The notes beneath the pieces are model-generated. The model was not told the DNA's origin, searched no databases, and worked only from the letters and a program-made list of their open reading frames with translations. Source: Naegleria gruberi (taxonomy: Eukaryota). Taken from it: 64,000 nucleotides of DNA. The DNA lies in assembly GCA_000004985.1 (NCBI GenBank), contig GG738869.1. The stretch is one strand, 5' to 3'. Below are positions 42,601 through 54,600 of this stretch, piece after piece. Position numbers and translations under genes: made by a program. The stretch's first letter is position 1. Every line of letters starts with the position of its first letter.

Positions 42601-45600
42601 NNNNNNNNNNNNNNNNNNNNNNNNNNNNNNNNNNNNNNNNNNNNNNNNNNNNNNNNNNNNNNNNNNNNNNNNNNNNNNNNNNNNNNNNNNNNNNNNNNNN
42701 NNNNNNNNNNNNNNNNNNNNNNNNNNNNNNNNNNNNNNNNNNNNNNNNNNNNNNNNNNNNNNNNNNNNNNNNNNNNNNNNNNNNNNNNNNNNNNNNNNNN
42801 NNNNNNNNNNNNNNNNNNNNNNNNNNNNNNNNNNNNNNNNNNNNNNNNNNNNNNNNNNNNNNNNNNNNNNNNNNNNNNNNNNNNNNNNNNNNNNNNNNNN
42901 NNNNNNNNNNNNNNNNNNNNNNNNNNNNNNNNNNNNNNNNNNNNNNNNNNNNNNNNNNNNNNNNNNNNNNNNNNNNNNNNNNNNNNNNNNNNNNNNNNNN
43001 NNNNNNNNNNNNNNNNNNNNNNNNNNNNNNNNNNNNNNNNNNNNNNNNNNNNNNNNNNNNNNNNNNNNNNNNNNNNNNNNNNNNNNNNNNNNNNNNNNNN
43101 NNNNNNNNNNNNNNNNNNNNNNNNNNNNNNNNNNNNNNNNNNNNNNNNNNNNNNNNNNNNNNNNNNNNNNNNNNNNNNNNNNNNNNNNNNNNNNNNNNNN
43201 NNNNNNNNNNNNNNNNNNNNNNNNNNNNNNNNNNNNNNNNNNNNNNNNNNNNNNNNNNNNNNNNNNNNNNNNNNNNNNNNNNNNNNNNNNNNNNNNNNNN
43301 NNNNNNNNNNNNNNNNNNNNNNNNNNNNNNNNNNNNNNNNNNNNNNNNNNNNNNNNNNNNNNNNNNNNNNNNNNNNNNNNNNNNNNNNNNNNNNNNNNNN
43401 NNNNNNNNNNNNNNNNNNNNNNNNNNNNNNNNNNNNNNNNNNNNNNNNNNNNNNNNNNNNNNNNNNNNNNNNNNNNNNNNNNNNNNNNNNNNNNNNNNNN
43501 NNNNNNNNNNNNNNNNNNNNNNNNNNNNNNNNNNNNNNNNNNNNNNNNNNNNNNNNNNNNNNNNNNNNNNNNNNNNNNNNNNNNNNNNNNNNNNNNNNNN
43601 NNNNNNNNNNNNNNNNNNNNNNNNNNNNNNNNNNNNNNNNNNNNNNNNNNNNNNNNNNNNNNNNNNNNNNNNNNNNNNNNNNNNNNNNNNNNNNNNNNNN
43701 NNNNNNNNNNNNNNNNNNNNNNNNNNNNNNNNNNNNNNNNNNNNNNNNNNNNNNNNNNNNNNNNNNNNNNNNNNNNNNNNNNNNNNNNNNNNNNNNNNNN
43801 NNNNNNNNNNNNNNNNNNNNNNNNNNNNNNNNNNNNNNNNNNNNNNNNNNNNNNNNNNNNNNNNNNNNNNNNNNNNNNNNNNNNNNNNNNNNNNNNNNNN
43901 NNNNNNNNNNNNNNNNNNNNNNNNNNNNNNNNNNNNNNNNNNNNNNNNNNNNNNNNNNNNNNNNNNNNNNNNNNNNNNNNNNNNNNNNNNNNNNNNNNNN
44001 NNNNNNNNNNNNNNNNNNNNNNNNNNNNNNNNNNNNNNNNNNNNNNNNNNNNNNNNNNNNNNNNNNNNNNNNNNNNNNNNNNNNNNNNNNNNNNNNNNNN
44101 NNNNNNNNNNNNNNNNNNNNNNNNNNNNNNNNNNNNNNNNNNNNNNNNNNNNNNNNNNNNNNNNNNNNNNNNNNNNNNNNNNNNNNNNNNNNNNNNNNNN
44201 NNNNNNNNNNNNNNNNNNNNNNNNNNNNNNNNNNNNNNNNNNNNNNNNNNNNNNNNNNNNNNNNNNNNNNNNNNNNNNNNNNNNNNNNNNNNNNNNNNNN
44301 NNNNNNNNNNNNNNNNNNNNNNNNNNNNNNNNNNNNNNNNNNNNNNNNNNNNNNNNNNNNNNNNNNNNNNNNNNNNNNNNNNNNNNNNNNNNNNNNNNNN
44401 NNNNNNNNNNNNNNNNNNNNNNNNNNNNNNNNNNNNNNNNNNNNNNNNNNNNNNNNNNNNNNNNNNNNNNNNNNNNNNNNNNNNNNNNNNNNNNNNNNNN
44501 NNNNNNNNNNNNNNNNNNNNNNNNNNNNNNNNNNNNNNNNNNNNNNNNNNNNNNNNNNNNNNNNNNNNNNNNNNNNNNNNNNNNNNNNNNNNNNNNNNNN
44601 NNNNNNNNNNNNNNNNNNNNNNNNNNNNNNNNNNNNNNNNNNNNNNNNNNNNNNNNNNNNNNNNNNNNNNNNNNNNNNNNNNNNNNNNNNNNNNNNNNNN
44701 NNNNNNNNNNNNNNNNNNNNNNNNNNNNNNNNNNNNNNNNNNNNNNNNNNNNNNNNNNNNNNNNNNNNNNNNNNNNNNNNNNNNNNNNNNNNNNNNNNNN
44801 NNNNNNNNNNNNNNNNNNNNNNNNNNNNNNNNNNNNNNNNNNNNNNNNNNNNNNNNNNNNNNNNNNNNNNNNNNNNNNNNNNNNNNNNNNNNNNNNNNNN
44901 NNNNNNNNNNNNNNNNNNNNNNNNNNNNNNNNNNNNNNNNNNNNNNNNNNNNNNNNNNNNNNNNNNNNNNNNNNNNNNNNNNNNNNNNNNNNNNNNNNNN
45001 NNNNNNNNNNNNNNNNNNNNNNNNNNNNNNNNNNNNNNNNNNNNNNNNNNNNNNNNNNNNNNNNNNNNNNNNNNNNNNNNNNNNNNNNNNNNNNNNNNNN
45101 NNNNNNNNNNNNNNNNNNNNNNNNNNNNNNNNNNNNNNNNNNNNNNNNNNNNNNNNNNNNNNNNNNNNNNNNNNNNNNNNNNNNNNNNNNNNNNNNNNNN
45201 NNNNNNNNNNNNNNNNNNNNNNNNNNNNNNNNNNNNNNNNNNNNNNNNNNNNNNNNNNNNNNNNNNNNNNNNNNNNNNNNNNNNNNNNNNNNNNNNNNNN
45301 NNNNNNNNNNNNNNNNNNNNNNNNNNNNNNNNNNNNNNNNNNNNNNNNNNNNNNNNNNNNNNNNNNNNNNNNNNNNNNNNNNNNNNNNNNNNNNNNNNNN
45401 NNNNNNNNNNNNNNNNNNNNNNNNNNNNNNNNNNNNNNNNNNNNNNNNNNNNNNNNNNNNNNNNNNNNNNNNNNNNNNNNNNNNNNNNNNNNNNNNNNNN
45501 NNNNNNNNNNNNNNNNNNNNNNNNNNNNNNNNNNNNNNNNNNNNNNNNNNNNNNNNNNNNNNNNNNNNNNNNNNNNNNNNNNNNNNNNNNNNNNNNNNNN

Positions 45601-48600
45601 NNNNNNNNNNNNNNNNNNNNNNNNNNNNNNNNNNNNNNNNNNNNNNNNNNNNNNNNNNNNNNNNNNNNNNNNNNNNNNNNNNNNNNNNNNNNNNNNNNNN
45701 NNNNNNNNNNNNNNNNNNNNNNNNNNNNNNNNNNNNNNNNNNNNNNNNNNNNNNNNNNNNNNNNNNNNNNNNNNNNNNNNNNNNNNNNNNNNNNNNNNNN
45801 NNNNNNNNNNNNNNNNNNNNNNNNNNNNNNNNNNNNNNNNNNNNNNNNNNNNNNNNNNNNNNNNNNNNNNNNNNNNNNNNNNNNNNNNNNNNNNNNNNNN
45901 NNNNNNNNNNNNNNNNNNNNNNNNNNNNNNNNNNNNNNNNNNNNNNNNNNNNNNNNNNNNNNNNNNNNNNNNNNNNNNNNNNNNNNNNNNNNNNNNNNNN
46001 NNNNNNNNNNNNNNNNNNNNNNNNNNNNNNNNNNNNNNNNNNNNNNNNNNNNNNNNNNNNNNNNNNNNNNNNNNNNNNNNNNNNNNNNNNNNNNNNNNNN
46101 NNNNNNNNNNNNNNNNNNNNNNNNNNNNNNNNNNNNNNNNNNNNNNNNNNNNNNNNNNNNNNNNNNNNNNNNNNNNNNNNNNNNNNNNNNNNNNNNNNNN
46201 NNNNNNNNNNNNNNNNNNNNNNNNNNNNNNNNNNNNNNNNNNNNNNNNNNNNNNNNNNNNNNNNNNNNNNNNNNNNNNNNNNNNNNNNNNNNNNNNNNNN
46301 NNNNNNNNNNNNNNNNNNNNNNNNNNNNNNNNNNNNNNNNNNNNNNNNNNNNNNNNNNNNNNNNNNNNNNNNNNNNNNNNNNNNNNNNNNNNNNNNNNNN
46401 NNNNNNNNNNNNNNNNNNNNNNNNNNNNNNNNNNNNNNNNNNNNNNNNNNNNNNNNNNNNNNNNNNNNNNNNNNNNNNNNNNNNNNNNNNNNNNNNNNNN
46501 NNNNNNNNNNNNNNNNNNNNNNNNNNNNNNNNNNNNNNNNNNNNNNNNNNNNNNNNNNNNNNNNNNNNNNNNNNNNNNNNNNNNNNNNNNNNNNNNNNNN
46601 NNNNNNNNNNNNNNNNNNNNNNNNNNNNNNNNNNNNNNNNNNNNNNNNNNNNNNNNNNNNNNNNNNNNNNNNNNNNNNNNNNNNNNNNNNNNNNNNNNNN
46701 NNNNNNNNNNNNNNNNNNNNNNNNNNNNNNNNNNNNNNNNNNNNNNNNNNNNNNNNNNNNNNNNNNNNNNNNNNNNNNNNNNNNNNNNNNNNNNNNNNNN
46801 NNNNNNNNNNNNNNNNNNNNNNNNNNNNNNNNNNNNNNNNNNNNNNNNNNNNNNNNNNNNNNNNNNNNNNNNNNNNNNNNNNNNNNNNNNNNNNNNNNNN
46901 NNNNNNNNNNNNNNNNNNNNNNNNNNNNNNNNNNNNNNNNNNNNNNNNNNNNNNNNNNNNNNNNNNNNNNNNNNNNNNNNNNNNNNNNNNNNNNNNNNNN
47001 NNNNNNNNNNNNNNNNNNNNNNNNNNNNNNNNNNNNNNNNNNNNNNNNNNNNNNNNNNNNNNNNNNNNNNNNNNNNNNNNNNNNNNNNNNNNNNNNNNNN
47101 NNNNNNNNNNNNNNNNNNNNNNNNNNNNNNNNNNNNNNNNNNNNNNNNNNNNNNNNNNNNNNNNNNNNNNNNNNNNNNNNNNNNNNNNNNNNNNNNNNNN
47201 NNNNNNNNNNNNNNNNNNNNNNNNNNNNNNNNNNNNNNNNNNNNNNNNNNNNNNNNNNNNNNNNNNNNNNNNNNNNNNNNNNNNNNNNNNNNNNNNNNNN
47301 NNNNNNNNNNNNNNNNNNNNNNNNNNNNNNNNNNNNNNNNNNNNNNNNNNNNNNNNNNNNNNNNNNNNNNNNNNNNNNNNNNNNNNNNNNNNNNNNNNNN
47401 NNNNNNNNNNNNNNNNNNNNNNNNNNNNNNNNNNNNNNNNNNNNNNNNNNNNNNNNNNNNNNNNNNNNNNNNNNNNNNNNNNNNNNNNNNNNNNNNNNNN
47501 NNNNNNNNNNNNNNNNNNNNNNNNNNNNNNNNNNNNNNNNNNNNNNNNNNNNNNNNNNNNNNNNNNNNNNNNNNNNNNNNNNNNNNNNNNNNNNNNNNNN
47601 NNNNNNNNNNNNNNNNNNNNNNNNNNNNNNNNNNNNNNNNNNNNNNNNNNNNNNNNNNNNNNNNNNNNNNNNNNNNNNNNNNNNNNNNNNNNNNNNNNNN
47701 NNNNNNNNNNNNNNNNNNNNNNNNNNNNNNNNNNNNNNNNNNNNNNNNNNNNNNNNNNNNNNNNNNNNNNNNNNNNNNNNNNNNNNNNNNNNNNNNNNNN
47801 NNNNNNNNNNNNNNNNNNNNNNNNNNNNNNNNNNNNNNNNNNNNNNNNNNNNNNNNNNNNNNNNNNNNNNNNNNNNNNNNNNNNNNNNNNNNNNNNNNNN
47901 NNNNNNNNNNNNNNNNNNNNNNNNNNNNNNNNNNNNNNNNNNNNNNNNNNNNNNNNNNNNNNNNNNNNNNNNNNNNNNNNNNNNNNNNNNNNNNNNNNNN
48001 NNNNNNNNNNNNNNNNNNNNNNNNNNNNNNNNNNNNNNNNNNNNNNNNNNNNNNNNNNNNNNNNNNNNNNNNNNNNNNNNNNNNNNNNNNNNNNNNNNNN
48101 NNNNNNNNNNNNNNNNNNNNNNNNNNNNNNNNNNNNNNNNNNNNNNNNNNNNNNNNNNNNNNNNNNNNNNNNNNNNNNNNNNNNNNNNNNNNNNNNNNNN
48201 NNNNNNNNNNNNNNNNNNNNNNNNNNNNNNNNNNNNNNNNNNNNNNNNNNNNNNNNNNNNNNNNNNNNNNNNNNNNNNNNNNNNNNNNNNNNNNNNNNNN
48301 NNNNNNNNNNNNNNNNNNNNNNNNNNNNNNNNNNNNNNNNNNNNNNNNNNNNNNNNNNNNNNNNNNNNNNNNNNNNNNNNNNNNNNNNNNNNNNNNNNNN
48401 NNNNNNNNNNNNNNNNNNNNNNNNNNNNNNNNNNNNNNNNNNNNNNNNNNNNNNNNNNNNNNNNNNNNNNNNNNNNNNNNNNNNNNNNNNNNNNNNNNNN
48501 NNNNNNNNNNNNNNNNNNNNNNNNNNNNNNNNNNNNNNNNNNNNNNNNNNNNNNNNNNNNNNNNNNNNNNNNNNNNNNNNNNNNNNNNNNNNNNNNNNNN

Positions 48601-51600
48601 NNNNNNNNNNNNNNNNNNNNNNNNNNNNNNNNNNNNNNNNNNNNNNNNNNNNNNNNNNNNNNNNNNNNNNNNNNNNNNNNNNNNNNNNNNNNNNNNNNNN
48701 NNNNNNNNNNNNNNNNNNNNNNNNNNNNNNNNNNNNNNNNNNNNNNNNNNNNNNNNNNNNNNNNNNNNNNNNNNNNNNNNNNNNNNNNNNNNNNNNNNNN
48801 NNNNNNNNNNNNNNNNNNNNNNNNNNNNNNNNNNNNNNNNNNNNNNNNNNNNNNNNNNNNNNNNNNNNNNNNNNNNNNNNNNNNNNNNNNNNNNNNNNNN
48901 NNNNNNNNNNNNNNNNNNNNNNNNNNNNNNNNNNNNNNNNNNNNNNNNNNNNNNNNNNNNNNNNNNNNNNNNNNNNNNNNNNNNNNNNNNNNNNNNNNNN
49001 NNNNNNNNNNNNNNNNNNNNNNNNNNNNNNNNNNNNNNNNNNNNNNNNNNNNNNNNNNNNNNNNNNNNNNNNNNNNNNNNNNNNNNNNNNNNNNNNNNNN
49101 NNNNNNNNNNNNNNNNNNNNNNNNNNNNNNNNNNNNNNNNNNNNNNNNNNNNNNNNNNNNNNNNNNNNNNNNNNNNNNNNNNNNNNNNNNNNNNNNNNNN
49201 NNNNNNNNNNNNNNNNNNNNNNNNNNNNNNNNNNNNNNNNNNNNNNNNNNNNNNNNNNNNNNNNNNNNNNNNNNNNNNNNNNNNNNNNNNNNNNNNNNNN
49301 NNNNNNNNNNNNNNNNNNNNNNNNNNNNNNNNNNNNNNNNNNNNNNNNNNNNNNNNNNNNNNNNNNNNNNNNNNNNNNNNNNNNNNNNNNNNNNNNNNNN
49401 NNNNNNNNNNNNNNNNNNNNNNNNNNNNNNNNNNNNNNNNNNNNNNNNNNNNNNNNNNNNNNNNNNNNNNNNNNNNNNNNNNNNNNNNNNNNNNNNNNNN
49501 NNNNNNNNNNNNNNNNNNNNNNNNNNNNNNNNNNNNNNNNNNNNNNNNNNNNNNNNNNNNNNNNNNNNNNNNNNNNNNNNNNNNNNNNNNNNNNNNNNNN
49601 NNNNNNNNNNNNNNNNNNNNNNNNNNNNNNNNNNNNNNNNNNNNNNNNNNNNNNNNNNNNNNNNNNNNNNNNNNNNNNNNNNNNNNNNNNNNNNNNNNNN
49701 NNNNNNNNNNNNNNNNNNNNNNNNNNNNNNNNNNNNNNNNNNNNNNNNNNNNNNNNNNNNNNNNNNNNNNNNNNNNNNNNNNNNNNNNNNNNNNNNNNNN
49801 NNNNNNNNNNNNNNNNNNNNNNNNNNNNNNNNNNNNNNNNNNNNNNNNNNNNNNNNNNNNNNNNNNNNNNNNNNNNNNNNNNNNNNNNNNNNNNNNNNNN
49901 NNNNNNNNNNNNNNNNNNNNNNNNNNNNNNNNNNNNNNNNNNNNNNNNNNNNNNNNNNNNNNNNNNNNNNNNNNNNNNNNNNNNNNNNNNNNNNNNNNNN
50001 NNNNNNNNNNNNNNNNNNNNNNNNNNNNNNNNNNNNNNNNNNNNNNNNNNNNNNNNNNNNNNNNNNNNNNNNNNNNNNNNNNNNNNNNNNNNNNNNNNNN
50101 NNNNNNNNNNNNNNNNNNNNNNNNNNNNNNNNNNNNNNNNNNNNNNNNNNNNNNNNNNNNNNNNNNNNNNNNNNNNNNNNNNNNNNNNNNNNNNNNNNNN
50201 NNNNNNNNNNNNNNNNNNNNNNNNNNNNNNNNNNNNNNNNNNNNNNNNNNNNNNNNNNNNNNNNNNNNNNNNNNNNNNNNNNNNNNNNNNNNNNNNNNNN
50301 NNNNNNNNNNNNNNNNNNNNNNNNNNNNNNNNNNNNNNNNNNNNNNNNNNNNNNNNNNNNNNNNNNNNNNNNNNNNNNNNNNNNNNNNNNNNNNNNNNNN
50401 NNNNNNNNNNNNNNNNNNNNNNNNNNNNNNNNNNNNNNNNNNNNNNNNNNNNNNNNNNNNNNNNNNNNNNNNNNNNNNNNNNNNNNNNNNNNNNNNNNNN
50501 NNNNNNNNNNNNNNNNNNNNNNNNNNNNNNNNNNNNNNNNNNNNNNNNNNNNNNNNNNNNNNNNNNNNNNNNNNNNNNNNNNNNNNNNNNNNNNNNNNNN
50601 NNNNNNNNNNNNNNNNNNNNNNNNNNNNNNNNNNNNNNNNNNNNNNNNNNNNNNNNNNNNNNNNNNNNNNNNNNNNNNNNNNNNNNNNNNNNNNNNNNNN
50701 NNNNNNNNNNNNNNNNNNNNNNNNNNNNNNNNNNNNNNNNNNNNNNNNNNNNNNNNNNNNNNNNNNNNNNNNNNNNNNNNNNNNNNNNNNNNNNNNNNNN
50801 NNNNNNNNNNNNNNNNNNNNNNNNNNNNNNNNNNNNNNNNNNNNNNNNNNNNNNNNNNNNNNNNNNNNNNNNNNNNNNNNNNNNNNNNNNNNNNNNNNNN
50901 NNNNNNNNNNNNNNNNNNNNNNNNNNNNNNNNNNNNNNNNNNNNNNNNNNNNNNNNNNNNNNNNNNNNNNNNNNNNNNNNNNNNNNNNNNNNNNNNNNNN
51001 NNNNNNNNNNNNNNNNNNNNNNNNNNNNNNNNNNNNNNNNNNNNNNNNNNNNNNNNNNNNNNNNNNNNNNNNNNNNNNNNNNNNNNNNNNNNNNNNNNNN
51101 NNNNNNNNNNNNNNNNNNNNNNNNNNNNNNNNNNNNNNNNNNNNNNNNNNNNNNNNNNNNNNNNNNNNNNNNNNNNNNNNNNNNNNNNNNNNNNNNNNNN
51201 NNNNNNNNNNNNNNNNNNNNNNNNNNNNNNNNNNNNNNNNNNNNNNNNNNNNNNNNNNNNNNNNNNNNNNNNNNNNNNNNNNNNNNNNNNNNNNNNNNNN
51301 NNNNNNNNNNNNNNNNNNNNNNNNNNNNNNNNNNNNNNNNNNNNNNNNNNNNNNNNNNNNNNNNNNNNNNNNNNNNNNNNNNNNNNNNNNNNNNNNNNNN
51401 NNNNNNNNNNNNNNNNNNNNNNNNNNNNNNNNNNNNNNNNNNNNNNNNNNNNNNNNNNNNNNNNNNNNNNNNNNNNNNNNNNNNNNNNNNNNNNNNNNNN
51501 NNNNNNNNNNNNNNNNNNNNNNNNNNNNNNNNNNNNNNNNNNNNNNNNNNNNNNNNNNNNNNNNNNNNNNNNNNNNNNNNNNNNNNNNNNNNNNNNNNNN

Positions 51601-54600
51601 NNNNNNNNNNNNNNNNNNNNNNNNNNNNNNNNNNNNNNNNNNNNNNNNNNNNNNNNNNNNNNNNNNNNNNNNNNNNNNNNNNNNNNNNNNNNNNNNNNNN
51701 NNNNNNNNNNNNNNNNNNNNNNNNNNNNNNNNNNNNNNNNNNNNNNNNNNNNNNNNNNNNNNNNNNNNNNNNNNNNNNNNNNNNNNNNNNNNNNNNNNNN
51801 NNNNNNNNNNNNNNNNNNNNNNNNNNNNNNNNNNNNNNNNNNNNNNNNNNNNNNNNNNNNNNNNNNNNNNNNNNNNNNNNNNNNNNNNNNNNNNNNNNNN
51901 NNNNNNNNNNNNNNNNNNNNNNNNNNNNNNNNNNNNNNNNNNNNNNNNNNNNNNNNNNNNNNNNNNNNNNNNNNNNNNNNNNNNNNNNNNNNNNNNNNNN
52001 NNNNNNNNNNNNNNNNNNNNNNNNNNNNNNNNNNNNNNNNNNNNNNNNNNNNNNNNNNNNNNNNNNNNNNNNNNNNNNNNNNNNNNNNNNNNNNNNNNNN
52101 NNNNNNNNNNNNNNNNNNNNNNNNNNNNNNNNNNNNNNNNNNNNNNNNNNNNNNNNNNNNNNNNNNNNNNNNNNNNNNNNNNNNNNNNNNNNNNNNNNNN
52201 NNNNNNNNNNNNNNNNNNNNNNNNNNNNNNNNNNNNNNNNNNNNNNNNNNNNNNNNNNNNNNNNNNNNNNNNNNNNNNNNNNNNNNNNNNNNNNNNNNNN
52301 NNNNNNNNNNNNNNNNNNNNNNNNNNNNNNNNNNNNNNNNNNNNNNNNNNNNNNNNNNNNNNNNNNNNNNNNNNNNNNNNNNNNNNNNNNNNNNNNNNNN
52401 NNNNNNNNNNNNNNNNNNNNNNNNNNNNNNNNNNNNNNNNNNNNNNNNNNNNNNNNNNNNNNNNNNNNNNNNNNNNNNNNNNNNNNNNNNNNNNNNNNNN
52501 NNNNNNNNNNNNNNNNNNNNNNNNNNNNNNNNNNNNNNNNNNNNNNNNNNNNNNNNNNNNNNNNNNNNNNNNNNNNNNNNNNNNNNNNNNNNNNNNNNNN
52601 NNNNNNNNNNNNNNNNNNNNNNNNNNNNNNNNNNNNNNNNNNNNNNNNNNNNNNNNNNNNNNNNNNNNNNNNNNNNNNNNNNNNNNNNNNNNNNNNNNNN
52701 NNNNNNNNNNNNNNNNNNNNNNNNNNNNNNNNNNNNNNNNNNNNNNNNNNNNNNNNNNNNNNNNNNNNNNNNNNNNNNNNNNNNNNNNNNNNNNNNNNNN
52801 NNNNNNNNNNNNNNNNNNNNNNNNNNNNNNNNNNNNNNNNNNNNNNNNNNNNNNNNNNNNNNNNNNNNNNNNNNNNNNNNNNNNNNNNNNNNNNNNNNNN
52901 NNNNNNNNNNNNNNNNNNNNNNNNNNNNNNNNNNNNNNNNNNNNNNNNNNNNNNNNNNNNNNNNNNNNNNNNNNNNNNNNNNNNNNNNNNNNNNNNNNNN
53001 NNNNNNNNNNNNNNNNNNNNNNNNNNNNNNNNNNNNNNNNNNNNNNNNNNNNNNNNNNNNNNNNNNNNNNNNNNNNNNNNNNNNNNNNNNNNNNNNNNNN
53101 NNNNNNNNNNNNNNNNNNNNNNNNNNNNNNNNNNNNNNNNNNNNNNNNNNNNNNNNNNNNNNNNNNNNNNNNNNNNNNNNNNNNNNNNNNNNNNNNNNNN
53201 NNNNNNNNNNNNNNNNNNNNNNNNNNNNNNNNNNNNNNNNNNNNNNNNNNNNNNNNNNNNNNNNNNNNNNNNNNNNNNNNNNNNNNNNNNNNNNNNNNNN
53301 NNNNNNNNNNNNNNNNNNNNNNNNNNNNNNNNNNNNNNNNNNNNNNNNNNNNNNNNNNNNNNNNNNNNNNNNNNNNNNNNNNNNNNNNNNNNNNNNNNNN
53401 NNNNNNNNNNNNNNNNNNNNNNNNNNNNNNNNNNNNNNNNNNNNNNNNNNNNNNNNNNNNNNNNNNNNNNNNNNNNNNNNNNNNNNNNNNNNNNNNNNNN
53501 NNNNNNNNNNNNNNNNNNNNNNNNNNNNNNNNNNNNNNNNNNNNNNNNNNNNNNNNNNNNNNNNNNNNNNNNNNNNNNNNNNNNNNNNNNNNNNNNNNNN
53601 NNNNNNNNNNNNNNNNNNNNNNNNNNNNNNNNNNNNNNNNNNNNNNNNNNNNNNNNNNNNNNNNNNNNNNNNNNNNNNNNNNNNNNNNNNNNNNNNNNNN
53701 NNNNNNNNNNNNNNNNNNNNNNNNNNNNNNNNNNNNNNNNNNNNNNNNNNNNNNNNNNNNNNNNNNNNNNNNNNNNNNNNNNNNNNNNNNNNNNNNNNNN
53801 NNNNNNNNNNNNNNNNNNNNNNNNNNNNNNNNNNNNNNNNNNNNNNNNNNNNNNNNNNNNNNNNNNNNNNNNNNNNNNNNNNNNNNNNNNNNNNNNNNNN
53901 NNNNNNNNNNNNNNNNNNNNNNNNNNNNNNNNNNNNNNNNNNNNNNNNNNNNNNNNNNNNNNNNNNNNNNNNNNNNNNNNNNNNNNNNNNNNNNNNNNNN
54001 NNNNNNNNNNNNNNNNNNNNNNNNNNNNNNNNNNNNNNNNNNNNNNNNNNNNNNNNNNNNNNNNNNNNNNNNNNNNNNNNNNNNNNNNNNNNNNNNNNNN
54101 NNNNNNNNNNNNNNNNNNNNNNNNNNNNNNNNNNNNNNNNNNNNNNNNNNNNNNNNNNNNNNNNNNNNNNNNNNNNNNNNNNNNNNNNNNNNNNNNNNNN
54201 NNNNNNNNNNNNNNNNNNNNNNNNNNNNNNNNNNNNNNNNNNNNNNNNNNNNNNNNNNNNNNNNNNNNNNNNNNNNNNNNNNNNNNNNNNNNNNNNNNNN
54301 NNNNNNNNNNNNNNNNNNNNNNNNNNNNNNNNNNNNNNNNNNNNNNNNNNNNNNNNNNNNNNNNNNNNNNNNNNNNNNNNNNNNNNNNNNNNNNNNNNNN
54401 NNNNNNNNNNNNNNNNNNNNNNNNNNNNNNNNNNNNNNNNNNNNNNNNNNNNNNNNNNNNNNNNNNNNNNNNNNNNNNNNNNNNNNNNNNNNNNNNNNNN
54501 NNNNNNNNNNNNNNNNNNNNNNNNNNNNNNNNNNNNNNNNNNNNNNNNNNNNNNNNNNNNNNNNNNNNNNNNNNNNNNNNNNNNNNNNNNNNNNNNNNNN